Shown: in pieces, positions 42,398 to 52,213 of the stretch
Position numbering within the stretch: the first letter of the stretch is position 1
Layout of the letters: every line of letters starts with the position of its first letter
Virus record (IMG/VR): IMGVR_UViG_3300033069_001247
Span: 1 to 64,000 of that record
Length of the DNA: 64,000 nt
DNA from: a virus
Lineage: Duplodnaviria > Caudoviricetes
Direction: 5' to 3' (one strand)
Position numbers and translations under genes: made by a program
The notes under the pieces: model-generated
Database searches by the model: none
The model's input: the letters and a program-made list of their open reading frames with translations, nothing else
Told to the model about the DNA's origin: nothing

Positions 42398-43438
42398 ATG
42401 CCCGTCACAGCCACGCCGATCGCTGATAACGCACCAGGCATCTGCACCAATGAACCGGTGCTTCCTGGCGGCCGCGCTCCAGCCCCGCTACCTGTGACCT
42501 GTCTGAACCAGCACATCATCGTCCCGCGGATTCCCGCTGACGCCGGGACCGGTAAGACGATCCTCACCAGGACGATGGCGATCGAGATCCGCGGCGAACA
42601 GTTCGCCACGATCCAGTACGTGATGCGTGACCGCAATGGTAACCCTGTCGACCTGACACACTGTCTGTGTATGCCCGACGGTAGTTTGAGCGCCTCTGCC
42701 AGTCTTTCGGTGGGAGACTGCCCTTGTCAGTACAAACTGGTCTTTCGCCTTAACGAGTACCTCACCGGCGGGCGGGGCAAAGAGTTTAACGTACGCGCTG
42801 TTACCCCTGCGGCGGGTGAAGTTGAAGTCGACCTGCAGCCAGAAGATACCAGGCTCCCTGGTATCTACTTTGGCGAATTCGCCATGATTGAGTGTCATGA
42901 CGGCGAAGATACCTGCGACTCAACAGTGATATTCTCCAATCGCGTGTATGTGCATATCGGACGCAACCTGTGGAACAACCGCATGAACTGCGGTGCCCCA
43001 GCTGGCCCTCCGTCTATCTCGGAAGTCCGCCTGCATTTGCGAGACACGCGGCCCGAGGAGAGCTACCTGCTCGACAACGTAGCGTTCAGTGACGAGGAGA
43101 TCGCACAGGCCACTATCCTTCCTGTAGAATACTGGAACGAGGTGCCACCGCCGATCGGCATTTACACTACCGCAACGTTCCCATATCGCTACCATTGGCT
43201 CATGGCGATCGCTGGTTATCTGTTCCTCATCGTGGCGGAGCAGCAGCGACGCAACAACTTGGCCTACTCCGCGGGCGGAGTACAGGTCAATGACCAGAAC
43301 CGCGAACCGAACTACGAGCAGGCGGCCCAGCGCCGCATCACGGAGTTCAAAGACTTCGTCCGGGCCAAGAAAGTGTCAATCAACGTTTCTCAGGCCATGG
43401 GCTCCGTCGGTTCGTCCTACGGTCATCGTCGATTGTGA
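42398..43438 (+). CDS. Head-tail adaptor-like protein with N-terminal beta-sandwich
   Basis: C-terminal ISEVRLHLRD...FSDEEIAQA...RNNLAYSAGGVQV helical adaptor pattern; position after the capsid genes. Confidence 0.55.
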   Translation: MPVTATPIADNAPGICTNEPVLPGGRAPAPLPVTCLNQHIIVPRIPADAGTGKTILTRTMAIEIRGEQFATIQYVMRDRNGNPVDLTHCLCMPDGSLSASASLSVGDCPCQYKLVFRLNEYLTGGRGKEFNVRAVTPAAGEVEVDLQPEDTRLPGIYFGEFAMIECHDGEDTCDSTVIFSNRVYVHIGRNLWNNRMNCGAPAGPPSISEVRLHLRDTRPEESYLLDNVAFSDEEIAQATILPVEYWNEVPPPIGIYTTATFPYRYHWLMAIAGYLFLIVAEQQRRNNLAYSAGGVQVNDQNREPNYEQAAQRRITEFKDFVRAKKVSINVSQAMGSVGSSYGHRRL

Positions 43439-43451
43439 CAGGGAGGCTATC

Positions 43452-43652
43452 ATGCGTTCTGTGCAAGTTCAGTTCTGTACCGAGCGTGCTTCGGCGAAGT
43501 CATTTCGGTTCCCGCTGCAGACGATCAGGGCGGCAGTCACGGATCTGCGATCACAGGTCCACAGAGCATTGAAAAACTGCTACATCGGTTTCGGCCCCGG
43601 TCACAAGGTCCGAACCCGTCAGCTGGGAGTCCAGGGGCATGCCTCAGAGTGA
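43452..43652 (+). CDS. Small hypothetical protein
   Basis: ATG 43452 preceded by ACAGGGAGG; 66 aa. Confidence 0.45.
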   Translation: MRSVQVQFCTERASAKSFRFPLQTIRAAVTDLRSQVHRALKNCYIGFGPGHKVRTRQLGVQGHASE

Positions 43653-44904
43653 AAGCTGGCCGTTTCGACGGCTGATGGTTGATCACCTCTTTCGGGGTAC
43701 GACACGGGTGTGGTGGTCATTGGACCCTCAGTTCAATGACCCGGGTCCACACCTGTTTCAATTGCAGGCCGGATACACCGGCAACAATAACGCCCTTGAC
43801 TGGGTCAATATCGGTACGTCGGCGGTTAATGCTTACTACCTGAACGATGATACGGGTCGTGAACCAACCGGCAAACGGTTGATGACGCATTATCGCGTCG
43901 TGCTGACCACTCCCCGGCAGCGGTATATCTCCGGCCCACAGGGCATCAACGGTGCTATGCCGGAGAAGGACTGGTTACTGTCTCGCGAGATCCTTCGGAA
44001 GGAACGACTGCGACTAGGACTGGTCAGCCAGAGTGGGTACCTGATCCGCCGTATGCGGTATGGCGTCATCAATCCGGCGAATACGGATTACCTGACACAG
44101 GAGATCACCGACAGTACGCACCCTGCGTCCTGGGGGACGGCCTACAAGGTCGGCTATCATCCACCGGTACTGATCCAGGTCGACTTTGACCCGATCGCCA
44201 TTACTGAACGTCGAGGCGGGGCAGATATCGCGACGAACAACTCGCGACCTGCGGAATTCAATGCTCGGGTGCTGGGGTTCCCTGATCTGGCAAAGGAAGA
44301 CGTGTGGGTGGATGCCGCGACCGACCAGCGGTGGGGCGTCGGGGACATCAAGGTGGTGACAGCCATTCGCGGTATCCCGTTGATCTACTCCGTACGGTTC
44401 AGCCTACTGCCGTTCTCGGATGTGGTGTATCACATCCCGGTGACGCAGCTGTCCAGTGATCCGACTGACACCAACAAATTTCAACCCACCGTCGGCACCG
44501 GATGCGTACGTGTTGATCACGACTACCCGACTGATTCCAACATGGTCTATCAGGCCGGTGATTGCTGTGGAATCACCGGTGCGACCGTCACTGCTTTCTT
44601 GAAAAGTGACTGGGACAACGGCAACCGGGTTCCTGGTGCTGCCAAGGCAATCAGCCAGACGACGACCAACGGAACCTGGGCGTGGGCGATGATGCTCAAC
44701 CCCGGGGATTATGTGATTCAGTTTGAAAAGCTGGGTGAATTCGGCCCGGATACAATGGAACTGACCGTCGAAACAGCACCGCCACCAACGTTCACTTCAC
44801 TGGGTAGTTCGTCAGTCAGTTCCCTCGGTTCGGAGTGGGGCAGCGACTCCGTTCCTGCGAATGTAGACCCCAATCCAGCGGAGAACCAGTTCGGTGATTT
44901 CTAG
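43639..44904 (+). CDS. Neck/head-closure-like protein with C-terminal extra domain
   Basis: Position between adaptor and tail terminator; CVRVDHDY...GDYVIQFEK C-terminal beta domain. Confidence 0.45.
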   Translation: MPQSESWPFRRLMVDHLFRGTTRVWWSLDPQFNDPGPHLFQLQAGYTGNNNALDWVNIGTSAVNAYYLNDDTGREPTGKRLMTHYRVVLTTPRQRYISGPQGINGAMPEKDWLLSREILRKERLRLGLVSQSGYLIRRMRYGVINPANTDYLTQEITDSTHPASWGTAYKVGYHPPVLIQVDFDPIAITERRGGADIATNNSRPAEFNARVLGFPDLAKEDVWVDAATDQRWGVGDIKVVTAIRGIPLIYSVRFSLLPFSDVVYHIPVTQLSSDPTDTNKFQPTVGTGCVRVDHDYPTDSNMVYQAGDCCGITGATVTAFLKSDWDNGNRVPGAAKAISQTTTNGTWAWAMMLNPGDYVIQFEKLGEFGPDTMELTVETAPPPTFTSLGSSSVSSLGSEWGSDSVPANVDPNPAENQFGDF

Positions 44905-44955
44905 GCAGGGTTGCTCATCTGACCCGTGCCCCATATCCTATTTACGAGGTCGAGC

Positions 44956-45144
44956 ATGTCCGACAACCCGCGCAGTACGCAGCAACGCCAGACACACAAG
45001 GCGTTTTATCCGACGTTGTCGATGCGTGACTATCGACCTGATGAGCAGCAAGTCATGGAAGCACTTGGGAAGGCTCCGATAACGCAAGGAGGCGTCAGTG
45101 ACCACCACGCCGGACTGTCCGCAAGGACCCGAAAACCCGGATGA
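44956..45144 (+). CDS. Small hypothetical protein
   Basis: ATG after GAGG; overlaps the next gene by 47 nt. Confidence 0.3.
   Translation: MSDNPRSTQQRQTHKAFYPTLSMRDYRPDEQQVMEALGKAPITQGGVSDHHAGLSARTRKPG
45082..45095 (+). promoter_or_regulatory. RBS hairpin ACGC-AAGGAG-GCGT
   Basis: Perfect 4-bp stem with ANGGAN hexaloop upstream of GTG 45098. Confidence 0.5.
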
Positions 45145-45820
45145 CGTGGAAGCTCTCTTTCCAGAGGGCTCAAATCCTGGTGTACGCTTCGGTAAGTTAT
45201 CAGCAGTATGTGCCTATGGGTTGACCCAGCTTGTCTGTACGGGTGCCCTACGTCATTTCCTCATCCAACACTTCTCTGACATTCGGAACATCCTGAACGC
45301 CACGTTGCGAGAGCGACTGAAACGAGAGGGTGTTTGGAGTTCGGATCGTAACGAACGCACGGGAATCGTCATTGAGTCCCTGCATCGTTGGACCCCTGAA
45401 CTCACTGAATCGCGACCAGCCATTATCATCAAAGAAGGTACATGGAACTGGGAGCGGAAAGGGATCGGTGACTCGACCGGTGTGGAGCAGCGTACAGGTA
45501 CGCGGCACTTCAGCGGTTTCTGGAACGGATCTCACGTATTTTTTGCCCTCGCACAAGAGGCGGCAGAAGCACAGCAGATTGGGACCGAAACCCTGAAATG
45601 TCTCCAGTGGTTCAGTCAGGAAATTTCTGAGCAACTGAACATGCACCGCTTTATCCCCGTCAGCATCGGGGAAGTCGCAGCCCTTCAAGAATCGAGCGAG
45701 CATTACGTCGTTCCCGTGGTCTTTGGATACACGATTGAAGACTCCTGGAAGCTGCAGCCGGAAGCACCACGCCTGAAACGGATCGTGCTCTCCACCAAAG
45801 ACGTACTCGCCGGTTACTGA
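45098..45820 (+). CDS. Tail terminator/completion-like protein
   Basis: 240 aa directly upstream of the sheath gene; PAIIIKEG...FFALAQEAAEAQQIG pattern. Confidence 0.5.
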   Translation: MTTTPDCPQGPENPDDVEALFPEGSNPGVRFGKLSAVCAYGLTQLVCTGALRHFLIQHFSDIRNILNATLRERLKREGVWSSDRNERTGIVIESLHRWTPELTESRPAIIIKEGTWNWERKGIGDSTGVEQRTGTRHFSGFWNGSHVFFALAQEAAEAQQIGTETLKCLQWFSQEISEQLNMHRFIPVSIGEVAALQESSEHYVVPVVFGYTIEDSWKLQPEAPRLKRIVLSTKDVLAGY

Positions 45821-45855
45821 ACCATTCCACTCATCGTCCGTACCCAGGGAGGGTC

Positions 45856-48777
45856 ATGATGTCGTCTTACGTGAAACCTGCTGTCCTTGTGTCCCAGGAA
45901 TTCAACCTGGCTCCGGCTGAGCTGACTGAGCCCCTGCGAGCACACATCTCCGGACCGAATGCATACCTGCATCGGTTCTCGGTCGCTACCGAAAAGGCGT
46001 TGATCGGACTGGGTCAGTACGACCGGACCGTCAACACCAATTACCCGTGGCCAGACCGCCACCCCGGTTCACTGGTGGACCAGGCAAGCGTGCGACTCTT
46101 CATCGAGAACGCACTACTGATGTACTTGGAAGACCTGATCGGTGACGCCTCTGGCGGTCGCGGTACGATCACTCCAGACGCCAACTTCCGCAATCGGATC
46201 GTTTCGGACAGTATCGCGTTCCGGTCGAACGGAACGGAATGGCCTCGCTCGGGCATCCTCAAGGATCGTGACGTGGAAGTGGGCGATATCGTCTACATCC
46301 GCGGTCTTGATGGTCCTGAAGAGGACTGCAACGAGTACGAACTCTACACAGAAGTCACCGGGTTCGTATCCGATCCACAGAGCGCCATGGTTGGTGATGT
46401 CGTGAATGACGACAGCAACCAGGCCACGATCGCGGCTGATGCGGATATCAGTTTCACTGCAGGACAAGCGAACTGTGTAAGCGCCGCCTTCCACGGTTCA
46501 TCGTCCTACTCAGGCCTGGCATCCGGTGTGATGGAAGAGACTTACACCATCGAAGTGGTTAAGTCGAGCGTATCTGGCTGTTCCGCCACGCGTCTGCGGG
46601 TCACCAGTGCCAGCGGTACTGATGATGTGGATGAATTGGATCCCGGGGTAATCGGTAGCACCGTCGCGATCGGTACACGCGGCGTGAAGCTCGTGTTCTC
46701 TGTCGGTTCCGGTATGTGTGCGACGCTGTCAGCCGAAGCGGGTGTTGCCCATGATCAGTTCCTGACTGGTCAGACATGGACGGCAGTCGTTTCGGGTACG
46801 TTCGAACGCACCTGTGCCGTTGCCAACAACACCTACACCGGTCCGGACGACGATACCTACATCGTTGAAGTGACCAAGGGTGGGCTGTGGAACGCACTCC
46901 CTGAAGTGACCGTCACCACTGTCAAGGGGCTGGATAGCTCTGGCCCGACGACCGTAACCGATGACAACCTGGCTATCCCTGTCGGGACGTACGGGACCAC
47001 TATCACCTTCAAGGACTGCGGTTCGCTGACCGGTTCACTGTCAGTCTCGTTTGATAACGAAACAGGCATGGGTAACAACACCTTGCTGGGTCTGCGTAAG
47101 GGCGACAAGTTCTACATCACTGTTACCAGTGCTGCGAACGGGCCGATCCACACACTGATCTTGCGAGACGACTTGCCGGACGCACTGGTGGGTGCCGAAG
47201 ATCTGGATCTGCGACTCTTCATCAAGAAGACCATTGAGGTGACACCTAACCGGTTGTCCGCACCTCCGCTGGTCAACTACGAATCGGAGGCCACGCAGAT
47301 CATCGTCAAGTCCGGCATCACCGCCTACGACCAGACCTGGACAGACGGTGGTACTGAACTGCCATTGCCGGTCTACAGCGGCACCGACACCAGTGAACTG
47401 TTCGTGGAATACCGCGAATGGTTGACTGACGCTACCGGTGAAGTCTACTTCATCGACAGCGTCGCAGAACTGGATCAGGTACCTGGCCAGCTCGACGAGC
47501 AGAACCCACTCAAGTGGGGCGTATACCGGGCGTTGCAGAACTCGTCGGGTACCCGCGTGGCCTACACCGCTGTGGCGGATCCGGACAGTCTGGATTCGTG
47601 GCAGGATGTGCTGGGCAAGCTGCTGGGTCGTGACGATGTGTACAACTTCTGTCCGCTGACCTACAACCGCGAGGTGCTCAACCTGTTTGCCGCGCAGGCA
47701 GGGGCTGAGTCTTCTCCGGAAGCAGGAAACTGGAAGGCCCTGGTTTGTAACCTGCAGGCCAAGACGGAGGTCAAGCTGGTCGGTAAGAGCACTGCGGATG
47801 AGCAGGCCCTCAAGCCCACGTCGACCGACGGTAACTATGTCCTGGCCACGCTGACCGACAATCCGTCGGCGACAGGGACCCAGTACACGTTGCTGCACGT
47901 CCCTGCAGGCAACTCGGGCTTCATCACCTATGGTGTCAAACCAGGTGATATCGTCCGGTACCTGTTCACGATCGACGCGTTCGGTGAGTCGAGCTACCGC
48001 GAATACATCGTGGACTCTGTGCTGTCACAGGGTTCGCTGGTGCTCTTCAGCGGCAGTTCTGCCCCGATCACCGTACCGCAGAAGGTCGAGATCTGGCGGA
48101 CACTGAGCAAGGAAGCCATGGTCGACGATCTGATCGATCAGGCCCAGAGCTTTGCTTCACGACGTGTCGTGGCTACCTGGCCTGACGTGGTGGGGACCGC
48201 CGGAAACGCCCAATCGGGTACGTTCTTCGCGGCAGCCGTGGCAGGGCTGATCTCTGGTGTGGTTCCTCATCAGGGTCTCACCAACGTGCAGATCACTGGC
48301 TTTGACGACCTGGCCTCGCGTACGAAGGACTTCTTTACGGCTGCTCAGCTTGATCGGCTGGCATCCGGAGGTATCTGGATCGGAACTGAAGACCGTGACG
48401 GTACACCGCATACGCGGCATGCACTGACCACGGACACCCTGGACCTGGTTCATCGCGAGGAAATGATTCGGCGTAACGTGGACAGTATCAGTTACCTGTT
48501 CAGCCGACGGCTGAAGGGGTTGATTGGTCGGGCCAACGCAACGCCAGCCATCCTCAAGAAGATTCGGTACGAGGTGATGCAGATCATCAAGTACCTGAAG
48601 AACAACCAGTACACCGTGGACCTGGGTCCGCAGCTGATCGATGGTGTGATCGCTACGGACAGTAATGGTGTTGAGATCCTGCGGATTCATCCGCTGGCGG
48701 CAGATCACGTCGAAATCGTGCTCAACCTGACGATGCCGAGCCCGCTGAACAACATCAGTATCCACCTGGTGGTCTGA
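45856..48777 (+). CDS. Contractile tail sheath protein (large, with inserted beta domains)
   Basis: N-terminal YVKPAVLVSQEF; C-terminal AAVAGLISG...LTNVQITGF...RRNVDSIS...VEIVLNLTMPSPLNNISIHLVV sheath pattern. Confidence 0.85.
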   Translation: MMSSYVKPAVLVSQEFNLAPAELTEPLRAHISGPNAYLHRFSVATEKALIGLGQYDRTVNTNYPWPDRHPGSLVDQASVRLFIENALLMYLEDLIGDASGGRGTITPDANFRNRIVSDSIAFRSNGTEWPRSGILKDRDVEVGDIVYIRGLDGPEEDCNEYELYTEVTGFVSDPQSAMVGDVVNDDSNQATIAADADISFTAGQANCVSAAFHGSSSYSGLASGVMEETYTIEVVKSSVSGCSATRLRVTSASGTDDVDELDPGVIGSTVAIGTRGVKLVFSVGSGMCATLSAEAGVAHDQFLTGQTWTAVVSGTFERTCAVANNTYTGPDDDTYIVEVTKGGLWNALPEVTVTTVKGLDSSGPTTVTDDNLAIPVGTYGTTITFKDCGSLTGSLSVSFDNETGMGNNTLLGLRKGDKFYITVTSAANGPIHTLILRDDLPDALVGAEDLDLRLFIKKTIEVTPNRLSAPPLVNYESEATQIIVKSGITAYDQTWTDGGTELPLPVYSGTDTSELFVEYREWLTDATGEVYFIDSVAELDQVPGQLDEQNPLKWGVYRALQNSSGTRVAYTAVADPDSLDSWQDVLGKLLGRDDVYNFCPLTYNREVLNLFAAQAGAESSPEAGNWKALVCNLQAKTEVKLVGKSTADEQALKPTSTDGNYVLATLTDNPSATGTQYTLLHVPAGNSGFITYGVKPGDIVRYLFTIDAFGESSYREYIVDSVLSQGSLVLFSGSSAPITVPQKVEIWRTLSKEAMVDDLIDQAQSFASRRVVATWPDVVGTAGNAQSGTFFAAAVAGLISGVVPHQGLTNVQITGFDDLASRTKDFFTAAQLDRLASGGIWIGTEDRDGTPHTRHALTTDTLDLVHREEMIRRNVDSISYLFSRRLKGLIGRANATPAILKKIRYEVMQIIKYLKNNQYTVDLGPQLIDGVIATDSNGVEILRIHPLAADHVEIVLNLTMPSPLNNISIHLVV

Positions 48778-48788
48778 TCATCTAAGGC

Positions 48789-48820
48789 CTCACGCAACCG
48801 GCTTCGGTCGGTTGCGTGAG
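48789..48820 (+). other. Strong hairpin with C(UUCG)G tetraloop between sheath and tube genes
   Basis: CTCACGCAACCG-GC-TTCG-GT-CGGTTGCGTGAG; only a short T-tract follows. Confidence 0.7.
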
Positions 48821-48893
48821 CGTTTCAGCAGGTAGGTGGGTGACTTAAACCGTTTTTTGGTCGCAAGACCGGTTCTCACAGGAGGTGATTCCT

Positions 48894-49331
48894 ATGTCTG
48901 TTTTCCAAGGAGCACAGACTCACAACGGCAGTTTCCGGGCAGACAGCCTGACCATGCAGATCGGTGGTCTCAGCGTGGCTGGTTGGCTCGTGCAGAACGT
49001 CCAGTTCCAGTATTCGCAGCAGGTCGCGATGCTGTACGAAATCGGTAGCGCGTTCGTGTACTACGTGGGCGGCCGCGCTCAGGGCTCTGCCAACCTGGCC
49101 CGTATCGTCGGTCCTGCAGCCCTGGCCGATATCCTGGTGACACAGTTCAGTGATCTGTGTAATCCCAAGGACATTGAACTGACTGTGGCCAGCGGTTGCG
49201 GCAGGGCGAAGAATCTCATGACGTACACCCTTGTGAACGCGGTGTTGACGACCATCTCAGCCGGGGTCACAGCCCAAGATGTGGTGGTCAACGAACAGCT
49301 GCAGTTCATTTTCATCGACCTGTACTACTAA
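48894..49331 (+). CDS. Tail tube protein
   Basis: About 145 aa directly after the sheath gene; VQNVQFQYSQQVAMLYEIGS...YYVGGR tube pattern; RBS AGGAGGTG. Confidence 0.75.
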   Translation: MSVFQGAQTHNGSFRADSLTMQIGGLSVAGWLVQNVQFQYSQQVAMLYEIGSAFVYYVGGRAQGSANLARIVGPAALADILVTQFSDLCNPKDIELTVASGCGRAKNLMTYTLVNAVLTTISAGVTAQDVVVNEQLQFIFIDLYY

Positions 49332-49376
49332 CGTACTGGTCGCTGGCTGCATCAGCTGTCATACTCGACGCAGTTT

Positions 49377-49413
49377 GGAGTCCCTGGCGAACGTCAGGGA
49401 CTCCGGGGCTTTT
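49377..49413 (+). terminator. Probable terminator after tube gene
   Basis: GGAGTCCCTG...CAGGGACTCC stem followed by GGGGCTTTT. Confidence 0.5.
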
Positions 49414-49443
49414 ATGGTCCACGATTTACGCCTTCAAAGGTGA

Positions 49444-52209
49444 GTGATGTCAAATACGCCACGAAGGTCAGGTGCTGGCCCGGACACGGGTGCTGCCGCG
49501 CGTAGGCAGGCCCGCCAAGCCCAGGAGGCCCCTTATGGGAGCCCGGGGCCATTTAATCAAACGCGACCGCTCAGCGATCCACAGAACCAGACATCGGCCT
49601 CGCTGCACAGCCTGAATCAGACCGCTCGTGTGGTCTGCGGGATGATCACCGGTGGTACCGCGATCGGAAACGCCTACCGGGTGCAGTTCGAGAAGGTCAA
49701 GCAACCCGTCATCGCTTATTTGGGCTCCCGTACGTCCTGTTCAATCTTTGGGGCGAAGGAAATCACCACCCTGCAACCAGGGACCCTGGTGACGTGTATG
49801 TGGCACGAACAGATGCCGTATGCCCAGATCCTCACGGTAATCCCTCCGGCGGGTACCAGTGCGGCCTTGGGGCAGCAGGGGATCATCCACGGGGCCACCC
49901 GATCCCGTGTTGATGCCATCCACAAACGCCCACTACAGATGTTCGACAATGGCGGGATCCCGGCCATGCTGGCAGGTCGACCTTTCGACGCCACGCTTGC
50001 GGGGGAGACAGGCTGGATCACCGAAACTGGCATCCGCTGCTTCATTGATTCGTTTATGGCCCTGATGGGTGTAGATGAAAGCTGTCAGCTGAGCTTTCAC
50101 TATCACGACCAGCTCTGCCGTCTGGCTGCTTATCAGTTCCAGCTCTGGACCAACTGCCGCGAAACGGAATCGTTCAACGATCAGGACGAAGCCCAAGACT
50201 GGACCGGTTACGCCATGTACCCCTGGGAGAACATGGGCCTGGCTGCTCGAGGCGATCCGACGGTCATCAAATCCGCGAAGGAGTGGCAGCTGGAGCAGCC
50301 ACATTACGGCAAGATGGAACCCGTCGATGATTACCTGATGCCCTGGCACCGGGAGCGGGAGTTCCACGGATACCTGGGGCAGGGTGGTAAGCGGATCATT
50401 ATCGCCCCACCGATCGAGTTCACGGATAGCGGCGACAAAGGTAACAACGGACAGCTGGGTAAAACCGCGGGCAACCGGACGCAGCACGTCTCGTACGTCG
50501 GTGGGAAGGGTACAGTTGATGCCAAGCACCCCGGTCTGTTCGACAGCTTTGTGACGGCTGACGGACGTTACTGTGTTCAGGCAGCCAAAGGGATATCGCT
50601 GGTCAAACGGAACGCGATCGTGGCCCCCACCCGGCGGCGACGACCGGAAGAGCCAGATGGCGACAACTCCGACAACTACAAGGCCAGCGGTGTTATCGGC
50701 GGCGGGAACGCCCACAAGATCACCGGTGATATCAAAACCAATGGAGAACACAGCAACTTTAACCGGGCGCTCGGCATTCAGGACATGCACGCCTATCTGT
50801 TCAACTATGTCGGGCTGCATCCGTTCTTCTATCACGCCCAAGACTATAAGGTGATTGAAGAGGAGGAAGCAGAGTGGGCTGACGGTAAGAGCGAAGAGAT
50901 CCCTGACTTCTCTGTCCTCGACAGTGAGATGTACATCACCCCGGAAAACTACCAGAAGACGTGGAAGATCGATCACCGATACGGCGAACAGACGTTCTAC
51001 ACGCTGAGCAACGGTATCGAATTGCTCGACGACGGTGGTGTGGTGATCTTCGACGGCTACGGCAGTTGTCTCCGTATGACCGGTGGGTCGGTCGAGATCT
51101 CTGCCCCTGGGGATATCTGGCTGAAATCTGGACGGGATGTGAACACCTGGGCCGGTCACGATGCTAACGTGCGGGCCAAAAACTCCTGGGACATCATTGC
51201 CACACGCGGTGACGGGCGGCTCAAGGCAGAAGCCAACATGATGATGCTGTCCGGGAACGGCGGTACAGGCGGTACGCTGATCGAAAGCCGGGGAGCAGGC
51301 CCGCAGTTCACCTTTGAGTCGCCGGGACAGGCCAGTCAGCTGTCTGGTGTTGTGATCCGGTCGACCAAGTCTCCGTTCGTCGCCTGGTCCAGTGAGATCT
51401 ACCTGCGAACGGGCGGCGGTGATATGCCAAAGGGGCCAATTGTACTGGACGCGGGTCGCGGCGAAGGCGACATCGTGACTTACTCGCAGACCCTGCAGCA
51501 TTACGTCCGGACTGGCGCAAACTGGCACTTCAACACACGGGAAGAGAACGTCAACGGCCCATCTGCCATGATCTCGGCAAACGGTGTCCTGATGCCCAGC
51601 AATATGTGCGTTAAGGGCGGGATCATTGTGGACGGCGGCGGTGAGTTCAACGGTGTGGTTGTGTCCACGAGAGCCTTTGCCGCTGTGGAGTGTCCATTCG
51701 TTGGTTGCCTGGACGGTGAAGCACTGCAGGCCGTATTTGATTCGATCACCACCTGTCAGGAGGCTATTGAGAAAAAGCTACCGCACGAAGTCGGTCAGGT
51801 GTTCATGGATGACTTGTTGAAGCCGCAGTTCTATGATCCCGAACGCCCCGGTAACGATGATGTCATCCTGAAGTCCGAGTTCAGTCTGCGGACACAGGAC
51901 GACTACAAGACACAGGATTTCCTGTTGTACGAAGACCGTTGGCAACAACTCAGTCGACTTACAGGACGTGAACATGCCAAATGGATTGAGCGACCAGTGT
52001 TGTGGCAAGGGCAGGCTACCTACCCGTATCCCGGTGCCGAAGCGTTCCAAGGCAACAAGTTTGTCCAGCAAGGACTTGAAATCTTCGATGCGACGGCAGG
52101 GCGGAGTAAGAACCGTGGCAGCCAGCCTGAACTTAGCGATGCGTACAGCGATCCGAAATTCGGAACGGCTGACAAGAAATCCCTCAACGATTACTCGGTG
52201 ATCAGGTAA
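49444..52209 (+). CDS. Baseplate central spike (gp5/VgrG-like) protein
   Basis: N-terminal OB-fold-like segment; repetitive short beta-strands (GIELLDDGGVVIFDGYGSCLRMTGGSVEISAPGDIWLKSGRDV...). Confidence 0.55.
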   Translation: MMSNTPRRSGAGPDTGAAARRQARQAQEAPYGSPGPFNQTRPLSDPQNQTSASLHSLNQTARVVCGMITGGTAIGNAYRVQFEKVKQPVIAYLGSRTSCSIFGAKEITTLQPGTLVTCMWHEQMPYAQILTVIPPAGTSAALGQQGIIHGATRSRVDAIHKRPLQMFDNGGIPAMLAGRPFDATLAGETGWITETGIRCFIDSFMALMGVDESCQLSFHYHDQLCRLAAYQFQLWTNCRETESFNDQDEAQDWTGYAMYPWENMGLAARGDPTVIKSAKEWQLEQPHYGKMEPVDDYLMPWHREREFHGYLGQGGKRIIIAPPIEFTDSGDKGNNGQLGKTAGNRTQHVSYVGGKGTVDAKHPGLFDSFVTADGRYCVQAAKGISLVKRNAIVAPTRRRRPEEPDGDNSDNYKASGVIGGGNAHKITGDIKTNGEHSNFNRALGIQDMHAYLFNYVGLHPFFYHAQDYKVIEEEEAEWADGKSEEIPDFSVLDSEMYITPENYQKTWKIDHRYGEQTFYTLSNGIELLDDGGVVIFDGYGSCLRMTGGSVEISAPGDIWLKSGRDVNTWAGHDANVRAKNSWDIIATRGDGRLKAEANMMMLSGNGGTGGTLIESRGAGPQFTFESPGQASQLSGVVIRSTKSPFVAWSSEIYLRTGGGDMPKGPIVLDAGRGEGDIVTYSQTLQHYVRTGANWHFNTREENVNGPSAMISANGVLMPSNMCVKGGIIVDGGGEFNGVVVSTRAFAAVECPFVGCLDGEALQAVFDSITTCQEAIEKKLPHEVGQVFMDDLLKPQFYDPERPGNDDVILKSEFSLRTQDDYKTQDFLLYEDRWQQLSRLTGREHAKWIERPVLWQGQATYPYPGAEAFQGNKFVQQGLEIFDATAGRSKNRGSQPELSDAYSDPKFGTADKKSLNDYSVIR

Positions 52210-52213
52210 CCCT

